In this document: positions 63,642 through 64,000 of the stretch, piece after piece
Position numbering within the stretch: position 1 is the first letter of the stretch
How the letters are laid out: every line of letters begins with the position of its first letter
Source of the DNA: an uncultured Gemmatimonadaceae bacterium
GTDB lineage: Bacteria > Gemmatimonadota > Gemmatimonadetes > Gemmatimonadales > Gemmatimonadaceae
DNA: 64,000 nucleotides
Assembly (NCBI GenBank): GCA_963781585.1
Contig: CAWAGQ010000004.1
Coordinates: 896,001 to 960,000, forward strand
Reading direction: 5' to 3'
Notes under the pieces: model-generated
The model's database searches: none
What the model was told of the DNA's origin: nothing
Seen by the model: only the letters and a program-made list of their open reading frames with translations
Made by a program: the position numbers and the translations under genes

Positions 63642-64000
63642 TCACGACGTCCCGCCCGACGGGCGGCCGTGCCGGAGCACGGAGTGCTTGTAGCCGTACG
63701 TGAAATAGAGCACCAGCCCCACCGCCAGCCAGATACCGAAGCGGATCCAGGTCACCCTCGGCAACTGGACCATCAGGTAGAAGCAGGCGAGAATGGAAAT
63801 CACCGGGGTGACGGGCACCCACGGCACGCGGAACGGACGCTTCCGGGACGGGTCGGTGCGGCGGAGAATGATCACGCCGGCGGAGACCAGCACGAACGCG
63901 AACAGCGTGCCGATGTTCGTGAGGTCCACGACCTCGGCGATGTTGGCGAACGCGGCGAACACCGCCACGAATACGCCGGTCAGGATGGTGCCCACGTATG
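63642..64000 (-). CDS. APC-family amino acid permease, C-terminal part (partial)
   Basis: LTNIGTLFAFVLV, RPFRVPWVP, TWIRFGIW, YGYKHS. Confidence 0.9.
   Translation of the reverse strand, partial: YVGTILTGVFVAVFAAFANIAEVVDLTNIGTLFAFVLVSAGVIILRRTDPSRKRPFRVPWVPVTPVISILACFYLMVQLPRVTWIRFGIWLAVGLVLYFTYGYKHSVLRHGRPSGGTS

Overview
A GC-rich stretch of core bacterial chromosome. Gene content and style suggest Gemmatimonadota, which is inference only. Nearly all genes are on the minus strand. From left to right: LptD (partial), tatC, a complete tol-pal operon and an epimerase; a LysM protein, ssb, rimI, tsaB, tsaE and uvrB; an MFS transporter, rel and radC; secA (interrupted by a 1-nt frameshift in a G run), nadD and bamD; a nucleotide-sugar cluster (UXS-like, ugd, wbpA/E/B/D-like, gmd) with carB embedded; a free-standing alpha operon (rpmJ-rpsM-rpsK-rpsD-rpoA-rplQ-rpmB) with its own promoter and terminator; pyrF, pyrD, an amidase, smpB and tRNA-Leu(CAG); Rrf2, aspA, trxB and a lone 2-oxoacid dehydrogenase E2; an ino1 plus CDP-alcohol phosphatidyltransferase pair; a plus-strand amino-sugar/peptidoglycan-salvage-like cluster; and two transporters. 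I saw no IS, integrase, prophage or CRISPR array. The most unusual signal is not a gene. A dispersed motif, YGTTAGGCR (core GTTAGGC/GCCTAAC), occurs 16 times by manual count. It accounts for every TTAG/CTAA tetramer I found inside coding sequence (stop codons aside), is usually written as the rare codon pair TTA-GGC, and also forms a terminator loop. Many start codons were re-picked by eye and differ from the ORF track.
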